DNA of 64,000 nucleotides from Pocillopora damicornis (Eukaryota): NCBI RefSeq assembly GCF_003704095.1, contig NW_020847248.1, positions 1,364,001 to 1,428,000 of the forward strand, read 5' to 3'. Shown piece by piece: positions 48,253 to 62,000 of this stretch (position 1 is its first letter; each line of letters starts with the position of its first letter). The notes under the pieces were generated by a model. It saw only the letters and a program-made list of their open reading frames with translations, ran no database searches and was not told where the DNA came from. The position numbers and the translations under genes were made by a program.

Positions 48253-49621
48253 GGCTTTGCACTACTCTCACACAGGTACACAAACTTGTACACCAAAGAT
48301 GTTTTCTTGTAACCTTGTCAATGGTTCATCTGTAAATTATGGGACAAAAAAAAAGGCACAGACTAAAGTATGTGTGACAGGCCCCAGATGTGGAAGAAGA
48401 AGAGGCCTCAAGGGAAATGTGGAAGAAGAATTAAGGTTCATTTCCCTCTCCCTATTCTCCCCTTTTACATTTTCCCTGTCAGTGCCTTGCTATGCAGGCT
48501 AAATAAATAATTCACACTGGCATTTATCTGAGCAAAATATGATGATAATTTGATCGCAAAAAAACTTGATATTTGACAGCTTAATTCAATACAAATCATT
48601 TGATGAATACCATGAATCCATGTTGACCAATAGTGTCAGTAAATACTTGGCCGAAAAATCACATCATATAATGTGGTTTATCACCACAAAATATCAAAGA
48701 TTACTAGCTTATCAATAACATTATTGAACACTGAGTTTGCTCATGATCATGCTATTTTCAGTATTTACCCTTTCTGTATTTCTGAATCTCAGACATAAAC
48801 TTAGAGTCAATCCATTCAAATGCCACGCTGGGTACCAAAATTTTAAATAACTCTTATGTTGAAGATTGTTTTCCCGATTTCTTTCAAATTCGGCTTTGAC
48901 GAAAAGAGAAACAATCGCTTCCAAAAGAAAAGCCGGAAGTAAAATTAAACTCATGTGGGTGACCAATTTCGACGAAAAGAATAGCATTGTTTGATTTGTA
49001 CCATCTTCAAATACCAAGAAATAAATCAAGACAGTAAAGGACAAAAAACATAGACGAAATCGGGTTTAAAACACCTCACAGAAACAACTGTAGTTCGTCA
49101 CAGTTTTATCCCTTCGCGTTAAAACAGCTGAATTTTCGGCAATTTTTCAACACTTAGAATAACCTGCACGACGAAAGCTTAAAAGATATCTTTTTAAAAT
49201 TAATTTGGGTAAACGTTCAACTGTGCTGACTTCACAAAATGGGCAGTAAATAATCACAGCCATTACACCAAGCATCTTGCGAGAGTGCTACTCCAAATAA
49301 TTTGCTCCACTTAAATCGCTATGTGCTAACAGTTTATAACATAGCGTTTCAAGACTTCACAAACAACGAAGAAAGGCCATTTTTCTTTAAAATCTATAAT
49401 AGAGCAATGTATGAGAGAAAACAGCCACAGCTAAACACGAAATAGAAAAGGTTTTGCATCACAAGTTTTGGTCCGGTTAGACATTAGCTAAATTTCCGTG
49501 ACGTAAATGAACGAACGCTACCTCCAAAACTCTTTTGAAACAATAGCAAACTTTATCCCAAAGGAGACAAAGGAACGTATTGCTTTAAGCACATACGAAC
49601 TTGGAATGGATATCAATTTAC

Positions 49622-49700
49622 CTGAGTTGTCTGGTTAACACAGTAAGATGTCAGTAGCTAAGGAGCAAAGAGTGAAGTCCGCCATGTTTGCCCGACGATT
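49622..49700 (-). other. Probable non-coding first exon of the ZFYVE9/16-like gene, with a 16-aa uORF (49685-49635)
   Basis: AAACATGGCGG motif; donor CTCAG|GTAAAT at 49622/49621; acceptor TTTACAG at 48330; in-frame TAG just upstream of the main ATG at 48252. Confidence 0.5.
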
Positions 49701-50585
49701 TCGATACTCTAAACTTAGGTAAGGGTAGGGTGAGTAGAAATGGCCTCTTCTCCTGTGGAGGAGTCCTGTAGGTAGCATTGTTCACGCACGAAGCGCATCG
49801 GGCGTCGAAATTTTCAGATGATCTGAACATTTCTGCTGAGTTTTCACGTCGGAACCAATTTTCAAAATATATGGAAGTTGCCACTGGGGCTATGTGATCT
49901 CCAAACAATACAGGAATCTAAACAAGGTCGCACGAATGAAGTTTCTGCAAGTTTAAATAATTATATTCCTTATTGTCTGCTATGTCATGTAATCGTCTCC
50001 CAAGTGACGAACCACTTTGGTCTGTTTGCATATTCGGCGGAGAAACCAAATTATTTTTGCGAACCTTATTTTAGGAGATGGTGAACTCCCTTATGGTAAT
50101 GCCACCCTTGCGATGTGTTTGGTTTACTTACAGAAATGAATCGAGCTTGTAAAAAAATAAACTTAAAAGTTTAAAAGAAATTTTAAATTAGGATTGGTTT
50201 TCACCATGCTCGATAGATCTTTCAAAATACTCGAAAAGTTAAAACAAATCGTGATTAAAATAGCAGTTGGCGTTTTCACGCGTTGAGGCCATGGCTTTTT
50301 TTCTGTATTTTATTGTGAAATGAACAATCGCGCAGGGACGGTGGAGCCTATTTTTAACAAGGGCAGAGGGGCGGGGATTAAAAGCGTGCGCTGGCGGGGT
50401 AACAACCCCCTAACTTTCTTAATCCGAGTATGGCCCAGTTAAGAAAGTGCAACTCAGATTGATATGTCACATGTTTTAATAGATAAAAATGATTCAAAAC
50501 AAAAAACTGCTCATCTTTTTTTCAAAAAATATGCCCCTCGGCATTGTTTACGAGACTTTAAGTGGGAATATTGAATCTATTTTGA

Positions 50586-50637
50586 TCTAGTTGCAATCTA
50601 ATTGCAACCTAGTTGCAATCTAGTTGTAATCTAGTTC
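50586..50637. repeat. 11-bp tandem repeat (ATCTAGTTGCA) x ~5
   Basis: ATCTAGTTGCA ATCTAATTGCA ACCTAGTTGCA ATCTAGTTGTA ATCTAGTT. Confidence 0.85.
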
Positions 50638-50746
50638 CTGAGCGCTACTCTACCTGATATGATATTCTAGAATGCAACACTAACGTTTAACTGATTCGAT
50701 TATAAAAAGCAAAGTGTGACCATATCATAGTCAGAATCATCGAGCA

Positions 50747-53212
50747 TCAGTAGTTGGCAAACCACTTTGTTCCAACTTTATCTGACGATTTACCACGATT
50801 CTCGTGTTTACCAACGGTCCAGCGGGACATCTCTCTCAGGCCTTTGGTGGAAACGATCGTGAACCACCAGTATGCTCTTGGCTGCATCATCACCTCATTA
50901 GGATTGGGTGCCGACTGCATGCTCACGTGGTTAAGAGTTTGGGCGGCCACATGGTTTCCATCTGTTGACACCGCCAGGTTCTGAGCCTTAAATGAATAGC
51001 CTTGTTTTCTGTCTCCCTGCACACAGCGAACATCTGCTCCAGTCCTGACAGCGTGCACCAGATGAGTACGACTTCCGTTTACGACATTACCAGATGGATC
51101 ATTCGACAGGACTTGCCCCCATGGTCTTGTGTCGATGAACCACTTCACCTTAAGCTTGTCAGTGGAATCGCCACGATGCTTATGTTCACCTACATTGTAC
51201 CTTGTCGCACGTACGGTTCCCGTGGTAGAGACCATCAACCAGTACCAATAGGCATTATCTTGGAATCTAGCCAAAGATGCCTTACTAACATGTTTCAAAG
51301 CCTGCGCTGTCACATGGCCATTTCGCACAGAAAGGTTGTCAGCTTCAGCTGTGTAGTAATTCCACTGAGGCAACTGAAAGCGAACACGATGACCGGACAA
51401 TATAGCTGTTGTCAGTGCTTGGCGTGATCCAGAAAGAGGCTTCCCATTTGCATCGTGTTCAAAGATTTCCTTCCAGCAGCCATCAACAAACCACTCCATC
51501 GCTACGGTATCCTGGCTATGGCCTCGGTCCTGGTGGGTTCCAACAGTCCAGCGTGACATGTCACGCGATCCACGAGTGGTCAACGTAGTAAACCACCAGT
51601 ACGCATTGCTCTGAAACCCTATAGAATTGCTTTTAGTGCTACTGCTTATGTGGTCCAAGCTTTGCCCAGAAACGTATTCACCCTGGGAGGCAATGGCGAC
51701 ATTCTGAAGTGGGAAGGAATACCGTTTGTTGCTGACACAGCGAATATCCTGACCCTTTTTAACGTTGCTTTCGAGATCGTATAAGACACCTTGGACTCCA
51801 TTTCCATTAGCCTGGTGAGAATAAGACGGCTTTGGAAGAAGACCTGCCAATTGTACATACCATTCAATGCTTCTTCTTACTCTGTTGGTTCCACGATGCC
51901 GATGTGAGCCCACGTTGTACCTGGTCATCTCCATAATTCCATTGGTGGATACCATTACCCACCACCAATAAGCATCATCTTGAAACCTATCCCATGAGGC
52001 CTTGCTGACGTGTTGTAGAAGCTGAGCAAACACGTGGCCGCCATGCACGTGCACATTGTCGGCTTCAGTGCTGTAACCTGTCCCAATGACGACACGCACA
52101 CGTGCACCTGACAACACAGCAGAAACAAGCGAGTACTTCCAGCCTTTTACTGAGTTTCCGTCGATATCATGCGAGTATGCCAGTTGCCATGGTAACGAAC
52201 AGGGCGCACACGGTTTGTCTTTAAGTAAAAAAAAAATGATTAAGTGAAATGTGGATTGAAGGCGTAGCTATAAGAAGCAGGGGAGGGGGAAAGGTGAATG
52301 AAACCAAAATCCTACTTAAAATCTCAGATAGTCAGTAAGACGGTGTAGAACCTTGCCAGACATGATTCTTTTGAATGACGTTATCTGTTTCCAGTAACTG
52401 TGAAACAGATGAATATACATTTTCCGCGGTCAATTAGAAAAATTATGCAAGTGTCAGTTACAAAGGAGCTTCCAAACACTCCACATACAAATTTTAAAGC
52501 TTTCAGACCCGCAGAAATCAAACAGGACAAAAAAAAAATGTGTTCACAGGCACATCTGATTGATTTCGAATGACCATCCATGTGAAGATTTCCGCGAATG
52601 AGTTTGAGTATTTTTAAGTTTCGTGCAAGTTTCTTTGTATTTAGTCAGGTGCCAGTGAAGAGCGGGGATCAAATATCCCAAAAACTCATGTAAAACACTT
52701 GATATCACCCAGAGAGGGAAAAGGAGGTCACCTTTTTCTATCCTGTCAATGTCAGTATTCATTAAACACTCCTCTTCATCATTTAAATCAAGCAGAGATC
52801 AATTATAACAAATAATAACAATTTAAGATATCAGTTGCCGTATCAAATGATTCGTCACGCGGGATGCGTACGTGCTACAGCTTATTTTGGACTGGCGCCA
52901 AATCGTAGGACCTGAACGTGCTTCTACAACCGTTGATTAAAACGCGGAACGCAAGACTATTGTTCATTGAGTTATAACTCGAGTCTACATTCTTTTGAAA
53001 GAGTAGAAAGAAAAAGCTAGCCTCGAAATTTCATAATAGTTACTAAAATTTCGAATCATCCATTCCTAAATTTTCATGGCCCAGTTTGAATTCTATTTTC
53101 TACATTTTGACATAAACGAAAACAGTTACTTACCTCGGTCGCCAGGCGGTGGAACAAGCCCTAATGCGATAGCAACTGAACTGAGTAAAAGCAAAATACA
53201 GATCTTCGACAT
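50747..53212 (-). CDS. Secreted uncharacterised protein (516 aa) with four ~120-aa internal repeats; exons 53212-53134 and 52218-50747
   Basis: Exon 1 encodes the signal-peptide-like MSKICILLLLSSVAIALGLVPPPGDR and ends G|GTAAGT. The acceptor (T)nACTTAAAG at 52219 continues DKPCAPCSLPWQLAYSHDIDGN... into the 456-aa ORF. Total 1551 nt in one frame. Confidence 0.88.
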
Positions 53213-56110
53213 AGTGATAGCCAGTCCGCTCTGTTTGTTACAACAGCTACTTTCTTTCGCTCGTCCGGTCGATCGAACATGATTTTACAAGATAAGCCTT
53301 CATTGTATTATGACGTAAGAGAAGGCAAGCCAATCAATATTTTGGATTTTTATTTCCGTAATTTTTATTTTCGTTCAGTCAGTAGTTTATTTATGTAAGA
53401 TTTTACGCCAGTAACTAACGGCATAATTTCTTCCAATCGTTATATTATATACTGTAAGATTTTACGCCGTTAGTTAGTCGTACAGTTTATAAACTGTGTT
53501 AGTCACGTCGTTATCTAAATACCGGGGGGGGAAGATATCACGTTCGTTGTACTGAAACACGCTGAAATCTTTCTGAAACGGTCTCAAACGCTTAGTATGG
53601 CCATATCTGAAGAAATGATGACATCCCTACATTGTACATAACAAAATCAAGTAAATCCTCCAACGATGAAGGAAAAGGTCAAGTATTTTGTTGCATTTCT
53701 TGACCCATGTCTCTCTTCAAGACAAGACATATATGCTAGTACGTGCGTGCTTTCAAACTAACCCACTTGTTTCTAGAAAATTGGGAAACAAAATTATTCA
53801 TGGATTAAAAACAAGGAGATTGACTGATCCTTGTTCCTAGGTACTTGACTGTAGTTGACTTCCGAATCTATTTTCAAATCATTTGCCTACGTGAGCCAGC
53901 GATCACGATCAATCGATTGAATGCTTTGCGAAAATATCGAGACTTGACATCCGTTGTGAGCCTTTCATGATCTAGCAAGCACCAGAAAAACATCTTAACC
54001 GTCCATTCACTCGAGTAAAGTTAAGTTATTCATCGAGATGTTCTCGACATGACGTCTTCCGGTAAATGACACTTGAGGTAGTGATCGTGCTTTGAGCGAT
54101 CGTTTCATCAAGTTTTTTTAATTTTTTTTTCTATCGGAATAGGTTTGTACATATGATAAGCTAAATATTTACGCGAAAAAAATATCGTGTCATCGGCACA
54201 TTCCAAACTAGTTTTGCTGATTCCTTTTGGACTTTTAAGCCAGCGAGCAATGAAATTGGAACTGGAATCTTATAGTCGTTGCGTATAATATGATCTATCA
54301 GTATGGCAATTATTGTTAAGTTACCCTCAGCACCCTTGGACGGTTAATCTTCTTGTTCTGGTCAATGATGAATATCTGACAAATGATACCATCCCTGAGG
54401 CCGCTGTCACAACAACATCTGGTAACACGAGCATCTACATCGACTTGACAGAGAGAGAATCTAAAACAAAGTTTCAAAAACCACAGACACCACAAACTCT
54501 CTTTCAGCAACCGAAAACAATCAAAGGAGAGTTAAAGGACTCAAACACAGGATGTGATCTTAAGTGGCGCAACATCAAGATGGCAAACGACTCTGAAGGA
54601 TCCCCATTCCGCTACAACTCATTCGAACTTACGCCTATCAGAGACGCTATGCATCTTAAGAGCCCGCGACTTACTGAACTAGAGATCTGAACTGGTCAGC
54701 AAATTTCGCATGGGAACAAATCTATCATGAGGGTTATGGTGAGGTCTGCCAGTGAAAAACACAACTCCCATCGTTAATGAATTTTTAGATTGGAAATTTA
54801 AGCGCCGCATTCTGCTGGTATGGTAAACCAGCAGTCTGTTATTCGCTTGTGCGTAAAACTCGAGTAACGACGCTCCGTCTTTAAAATCTACATTTTTCTC
54901 TGCATATACATGCATAGAGTGCTTTGGGATACCAACATCTTAGTCTTCAAATCTCAAGAAAGTGAAATAAAATGTCAGTGCAGTGTTTTGTTTTTTCTTT
55001 TTTTGTTTGCTTCTTAGGGCCATTTTAAATGGCTTCTCACTGAATCACCTGTCAGTTGGCTTTCAATAAACTGGCCTCGACGTTTTATTCGTAGGAAAGC
55101 CCCAGGAAAATCAACTAACAAGCGGTCGAGAGTAATTTAGAGAAAAAGGTTTATTAAAACGAGTAAGAAGTAAAAAATCATTTGTCTGGAGTGCATCGGT
55201 ATTTCACTTCACTCCGTTTGAGATTTTCAGACTAAGATTCGTTAGGAAGTTTTGTTATTTTGTGCACTTTATGACACCCAGTCACATTTTTTTGTTTTTT
55301 CCTTCGCCTGTAACGAAAACAAAGACCTGAAAATAAAGACCCAAAAACAAAGACCCCACTATTTTCTTAATTTATCATGATTTTTTTTTCGCCAAAAATA
55401 TCTAGCTCCAGTTTTAAATCTTTTTAATAATGATAAAGCATGCATTAAAACCTGGTTTTATGAACAAAGACCCGAAAACCAAGACCCTTATTTTCAAAAT
55501 AACATGCCAACCTTGAAAAGGGCGTGATCTCCAACTTCCCTGACTCATCCGGAATTCGTAAAAAACCGCGAAAACCGGTAATCTGATCTACAGTAATTAT
55601 CATTCAGTAACCTTCGGTAACAACTAGTAAAGGATAACATCCTCTTTTGGGTCAAAACTCACTAAACAACCAAAATGACATTTATATAAAAAGAAAATAG
55701 GCATACGATTAAGTTTGGTAAAATTGTGACAATTTCTTTATTTTTTACTACTTTTCCCACGTGAAAATGGACTTACTGTTTTAGCGTATCAATGCCTTTT
55801 TAAAAAGAACATTTTTATATTGGATGAACTTCCTATCCACTGATAGAGGACTGCTTCATTTTATCACAAAGACAAAAACTTTATTAAAAAGGAGAAACAA
55901 GTGAGCAGCATCTAAATACTCCTCACAGATTCACCCCAAAATCACTTATTAAAGTTGCAAGAATAAAGGAAATGATCACCAACTTAAGAAGCTCTTGATT
56001 GTTACATAAATTCTCCTTGTCTGCACTTCAAGAATGTATGGAGAAAAGTATGGAGAATATGGATACTGATAGTAGGGTGTAAAGGGTTAATCAGAAGTTC
56101 AGTTGCGTTT

Positions 56111-58839
56111 TTAAAACTTGACAACTTCAGTCCCTTTTTTCTTTGGTACTCTGATGGAGGTACCTCCTGGGTCCTCTAACTCAGCATCTGCACTGTAATG
56201 TCCCTTTTTATTGTTTATGTATCCAGCATGTGTAGTGGTCACTGAAAAAAAATGTGACTAAAACTTTGACACAAATTCATCACTCTCTATTCAACTTTGA
56301 AATAATTTTCTACTTTTTAAAATATGTGTGGTGAAGTGTAGAGACCTATTTAAGACCAAAGTTTATATTTCTTGAAGAGTAATACTGCCTGAAAAAGTGA
56401 GTATATGATGTAAAATGATAAGCGAGAAAAAAAAACAGGGGATTTGTTCATAATGATTGAAAAAAATTCATTAAGGTAGTAACAGTAATTTGTCACCTGT
56501 GTTTGATTTGTTTCTAGCTAGTTCAGGGCAGTCCCTTCGAAAATGTTCCACTGATCCACAAATCTTACATCCTCCACCTGAAAAGAAAAACTTATCAGGA
56601 TACACTTCTCAAAAGGAGAGGAAAAGGTGTACAAATTTTTATCACAACAACTAGACCCATTGCCATTCCCCCTTCCTTTTGTTAGGATTTTTTGCACCAA
56701 TTAAAAAAACAATCAGCAAAAAAAAAAAAAGATGTTAGCGCTACACCTCACTACAACAGCTCAGCACAGCCTGCTGACATCAGTTTTATTTTTAACTGAT
56801 TTTTTTTCACTTTCACAACAGACTTTCTTGAAAAAAAAGTGGGACTGCTTGTAGTCTACATAACAACAAAACCTATCTGAACACAAGTCTCACCATTAGG
56901 ATAGAGTCCTTTAGGGTTGTCAGGGCATGCTCTTGCTATATGACCTGTTTCCCCACAGATAAAACACTTTGCAAAAGGAAGGTCTGAATCTATAGGAAAC
57001 AAAAACATATGAGACAATATGTCAAAAAAATATACTTTCTTTAAGTCTCATAGGGGAACCAAGCAGACAAAGTTTCGTGTGTGCTTCTCTGGAAAAGAAT
57101 ATCAGTTGCTTGTTCCAAACATTAAACAAAAAGTCCACACATGACTCCAATGACCAAAATCATGAAATACTGAGGTGTTGCTTCTTCTGTTGGATGGAAT
57201 GTCAGTTTCTCAGTGCGAATTTCTACCCCTTTCTACCCTGGATGGAAAATAGCATTGTACAAGTTAAGCATCTTGGTCAAGAACCAGAGTTGACAAAGGT
57301 CATGTTCAAGTGCTCTAAAGGATCCTAGCATTACAAAAACAAAACCATGACCTTTACCAATAAGTAACCAGACTTCTTGTTGTAATCTCCAATACAATCC
57401 AAAAATACTCAATCAACTTACTGTTTTGTTTGCTCTTGCAATTCTTAGTAGTGTGCTGTGAGGATCCACATTTGTAACAATTTCCAACACCAACTTCAGA
57501 GCTCTGTGCCATCGGGCATTCTGCAACCAGGTGACCAGTTTGACGGCAATGAAAACATGTCTGCATGCATTTTGATATGAAAGGGAAAATTACTAATGGC
57601 AAGGTTTTATATTATATCTTTCACCAAGCACATACTATTTATACATGTGCCTGTTCAGAAAACTCTGGCAATGTAAAGCTTAGCTTTTCAGAGAACCAGA
57701 TTTATGAGTTAAGAAATAACTTTATAATCAGTTAATGTGATCATCCAAGTAGCAGTACTCCTAGAGAAGAATGGTTGTATAAGAAAGTGACCATTGACTT
57801 AATGACCTCAACAAAGGTTATCATTAGAGTTAAGTGTATAGTGACAATGTAAGGACTGTGATGACAGGTTCTAAAATTGAATTTATGAAAATGTAAGCCA
57901 AAAGGTAATCAAAACTTATTTTCAGGCACAAGAGAGTACAATTGGTAAATTTTAGGCTCACACTGAGGAAAAAAAATAGTAAAGTTGTTAAGATGTTTCT
58001 TTGCTTAAAAAATAATCCTACTCATGAACCATCACCAGCTGAGTGTATAAAACTGCAAGAAAGAAATGACACACATTTTTTTCGTTATAGAGGTAATTTT
58101 AAGTAAGGGTATTGGCAAGAATTCAAGTTATTCACCTCCTTCTTAATCACATAACCATAAATTACCTTTCCTTTTGCTCTTCGTTTCCTTCTTGCTTCGA
58201 GCTTTTTATCATAACTTTCCTTCCTACTTCCATCAGTGAATATTTTTCTATTCAGCTTTTTAATGCCTGTCTGTAAATAACCTTTCTTCTGAAATTTCTT
58301 GTTTCTCATTTTTCCACTGAAGTCTCTTTCTGATATCACTCCTGGTCTTTTCACTCTAATCTTTGTGCCTTTCTTGCTAAAACTAGAGTTTTCGTTTCCT
58401 TTATCGCCAACTCCTCCACTTTGAGCTTTCCAGCTTTCTGACTTTGAAATCTTAGATCCAGTGCTGTAGTCATTATCTCCTGCAAATGAAAGCTTTTTAC
58501 TTTTTGGCTTCTTTGCAATCTTCGGCTCAGTGGCACCATCATCACGATTGAATTTCTTCTTTCGTTTAAGGGCAGCGATTTCAACTTTCTTCTCAGCCGT
58601 TTTAAAACTGTCTTTGCTTGCTGTAGTTGAGCTTTGGTTACCTAAGTTAAAGGGCAAGAAATTTAATGGATCGATTCATCTTCAAAATGAGGCTATCAAC
58701 ACGTGCAATCAAATGAAATTAAATCTGTCCTTTCGATGACTTATACGAAAGCTCAACGCTTACCACCTGAGTTAACAAGCTCGTGCCAGGGTGTTGCTTC
58801 AAGACTTGTCTTCTTGGCAGGACGAGCAAAACGAGTCAT
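56111..58839 (-). CDS. ZCCHC9: Zinc finger CCHC domain-containing protein 9 (332 aa); exons 58839-58764, 58641-58166, 57560-57422, 56989-56894, 56577-56497, 56241-56111
   Basis: N-terminus MTRFAR...EATPW, Lys-rich region, four CCHC knuckles (CFHCRQTGHLVAEC, CYKCGSSQHTTKNC, CFICGETGHIARAC-PDNPKGLYPNGGG-CKICGSVEHFRRDC), SAD motif and C-terminus VVKF. Confidence 0.93.
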
Positions 58840-59000
58840 TTTTGTCGAGTAAAGTTACTTCAACCGAAATTTAATCAAGAGACACGAGACTTTGTCCACC
58901 ATGTTGAAATAAATAAAGCGCAGAAGAACAATACGCATATTTATTTTAGAACCTACCACTGAAAGTATGCAGGCGCAGGCGGGAAAGTGGAAAAACAAAG
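58840..59000. promoter_or_regulatory. Putative bidirectional promoter (ZCCHC9 / PIK3C3)
   Basis: Only 161 bp separate the divergent start codons. Confidence 0.7.
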
Positions 59001-62000
59001 ATGGTAGACCCAAACTCGAACCAAGAGAAATTTTACTATGTTTACAGCAGTGATCTGGACACAAATCTCGAGCTTAAAGTGTAAGTCAGAATAATGCAAA
59101 CGCTTCAATTCGGTATATATCGAAATGATTGGAAGATCGTGGAAATATCAGCGATTTTTTCATCCGCTGAGAGACAGTGTGACATCAGCTGGTTTGTACA
59201 ACTCTCTCATGATCAGCTGAATGTCTGTCACACATCAATGCCTGGGATCACAACACACTGAGTTGCTCTATAAGATTTTACTTGGAAAAATTTCCGCACA
59301 GCCCCATACTTAATTATGCATGTACATCTTACTGGTGATACACTGAAAAATAAAGCCCCATATATGGATGTATAATGATGTATGGGGCTGTGCGGAAATT
59401 TTGCCTTTTACTTAAATGGAAGTGACTATTTGAAATACGATAGTTTCTTGTAATCAAGACTTGTTTGTATTTTTAAAATATCTCGCGATGTGCAACAAAA
59501 TACAAACGAAAATACAAATTCACAGGAAATTTTTCAAAAAAAGCGTGCAATGTGTTCTTTTTAAACCTCTCATCAACAAGAATGGTTTATTACTTCCATT
59601 AATGATATTAGATATTGCAATTATATTTTTTTCAGCGTGCAATCCAGAAAAATACCTATGATGTTTTGGAAAATAGGCTTTCCTTTATTAATTATTATTA
59701 TTATTTTTACATTTTTAATAGAATTTTAGAATGCAGTGACCAACCTAGTAACAATACATAACTTATGATAAGACACTATATTACTCACAATAAACAAAAA
59801 TAAGATATATATTCATACAATGCATTGAACTGAATTCAGTGATCAATACAAGGCAAAGGTTTGCTTTAGGACAAGTATGTCTAAACATTGAATGAGAATT
59901 TACACCATACTTCAACTCAAATATAATATAAGAAGGTTTCTTGAATTTGATTACTGAGTGTTCTTCTTCAAAGTGGTTCTTAGTGCTAAAAGTAATTTTG
60001 CAGATGGTGATTTTAAGGGACATAATGGTTCAAAATTTACCTTTTAGATGTACATTGGAAGGAAAGAGAGAATGTAAAGGGTACAAAGAGCTTTTAGATG
60101 ATCCACAACTGAGATATTCAGGAGCTTATGAAAGGTGAGAAGATAATTGATAGTAAAAAAAGTGCAACCTCATTTGTTGCAAAAGTTCCTGAAAAGATTT
60201 TTTGCAAACTAGCCCAGTCAATTATTTGAAGTTTTTGCAGAACTGCAATAAAACTCAGAAGTTCAAGGGTAACTACTTTTTAATTGCATTTCTTATTGAC
60301 CCTTCAACTCCCATGAATGACCAAGACAGAATTTCTCCTTACAAAATCTATACAATATCAACCAGATAAGTAATGAGAATAAAGAAAAATATCTATTTGG
60401 GAATAATTAGTTGATCCAGTACAGAATTCTCTGAAATAATATTATAAGAATTGTATGGTTGATGGTAAGGAGAACTACAAATTTGATCTGGGAGTTAAAG
60501 GGTCAAATAAATGTTCTATTAATCCCTTTACCTGTCTTATCTGTCTCTTTTTTGCCATTCAGAGCATCAATTTTTTACTAAGCATCCCTCCCTCTATTAT
60601 GTGCCCCACCCACCATTCCAATGCAAGAATTCCAGTCTCCTACAAGCCTTCCCCTTTCTCTCCTATCTGTCTTTCCATCCCCATTCAGAGCTTGGATTTT
60701 CTGATAAACCAACCTCCCTTTATATTTTGATCCCTCTACGATTAAATCCTTCAAGGTTCTAAAGAGCCTCTGTTATCCCCCCTCCTCCTTTTCTACAACT
60801 TGAAACTTTAGTAAGCCCTTTACACCTTAACATCAGTATTCATATTCTCCTTACTATCCTGTACATATTTCCTAATGTTCTGAAAGGGAGAATTTATTTC
60901 ACAATCAAGAGCTTCTCTAGTTGGTGATCATTTCCTGTTTTCTTGCAACCTCAACCTGTGATTTTGGGGAGATATTGTAAGGAGAAATTAGATGCTGGTC
61001 ACTCTTAGGGGTTAAAGTGTTAATGAAAAAAATTCCTGGGTAAAGTAAAATGCTTTGGTCATGTTGAAGTATTATCAGTTCCGAATTAAACAATTTTTAC
61101 TCAAAGTAGCAAAATCATTTTATGTTTTAGCGAATGTTCTGATTTATATGTCACTTGTCAAGTATTTGCCGATGGTCAACCACTATGTCTTCCTACAAGA
61201 ACATCTTATAAACCATTCAGTACAAGATGGAAGTAAGTACTAAGAAGAGATGATGATCAATATAAAGTTAGTCAAGATCAGTTTGCAATTGAGTGTGGAA
61301 GGAAATCCATGATTGCTTTGGTTTTGCTTTCTTTGCTCTGTGATCCAGAAAACTTGTTCTACCTTCTCAACCAATCAGATTCAAAACTTAAAACTAATTG
61401 TGATTCAATCCTTTGCAATTCTCTGCAAAAATGAGAATTTGGCATTTGGCGAAGATAACTTCTTCTTGATAAGTTTGAGTTTTCTCATTACATGTTTGCA
61501 GGATGATCTATGGTTATTATGAGGGCAAAGTTACATGTTAAGCACCTCGGGGAGTTTAAGGGTTGAACAACCATCCACTATCTTTTAAACATTACGAACC
61601 TTTTTTTATACCACTGAGTTGGGAAAACATTTTAAACTTATATTGTAGACTTAATTATTGTATTATGTGAGTAATGTTATTTGGCTATTGTGAAGTATGC
61701 AAAATAAAAATTATAATGTCATACAAGAAACAAAATTGCTCAAATTGAATGGACTTTGTATTTTGTTTTCTAGAAACAAACATATTAACATTCTACAAAC
61801 AATTTGTTTTAGTTGGAATGAGTGGCTCAAGTTGCCCATCAAATACCCTGATATTCCTCGCCATGCGCAAGTGTGTTTTACAATCTGGGATGTGTATGGT
61901 CCAAGGAAAGCCATCCCAGTTGGTGGAACAACCGTGTCGCTTTTTGGTAAATATGGGTAAGTTCACTGTATCTCATTACCTTGGAAGGGGAAGGTGAAAT

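Noticed and set aside
54313-54915. ORFs of 125 aa (+) and 78 aa (-) as genes
   Set aside because: No recognisable motif, the longer one has a non-ATG start, and there is no convincing splice context. They may be decayed TE sequence, but I cannot support that.
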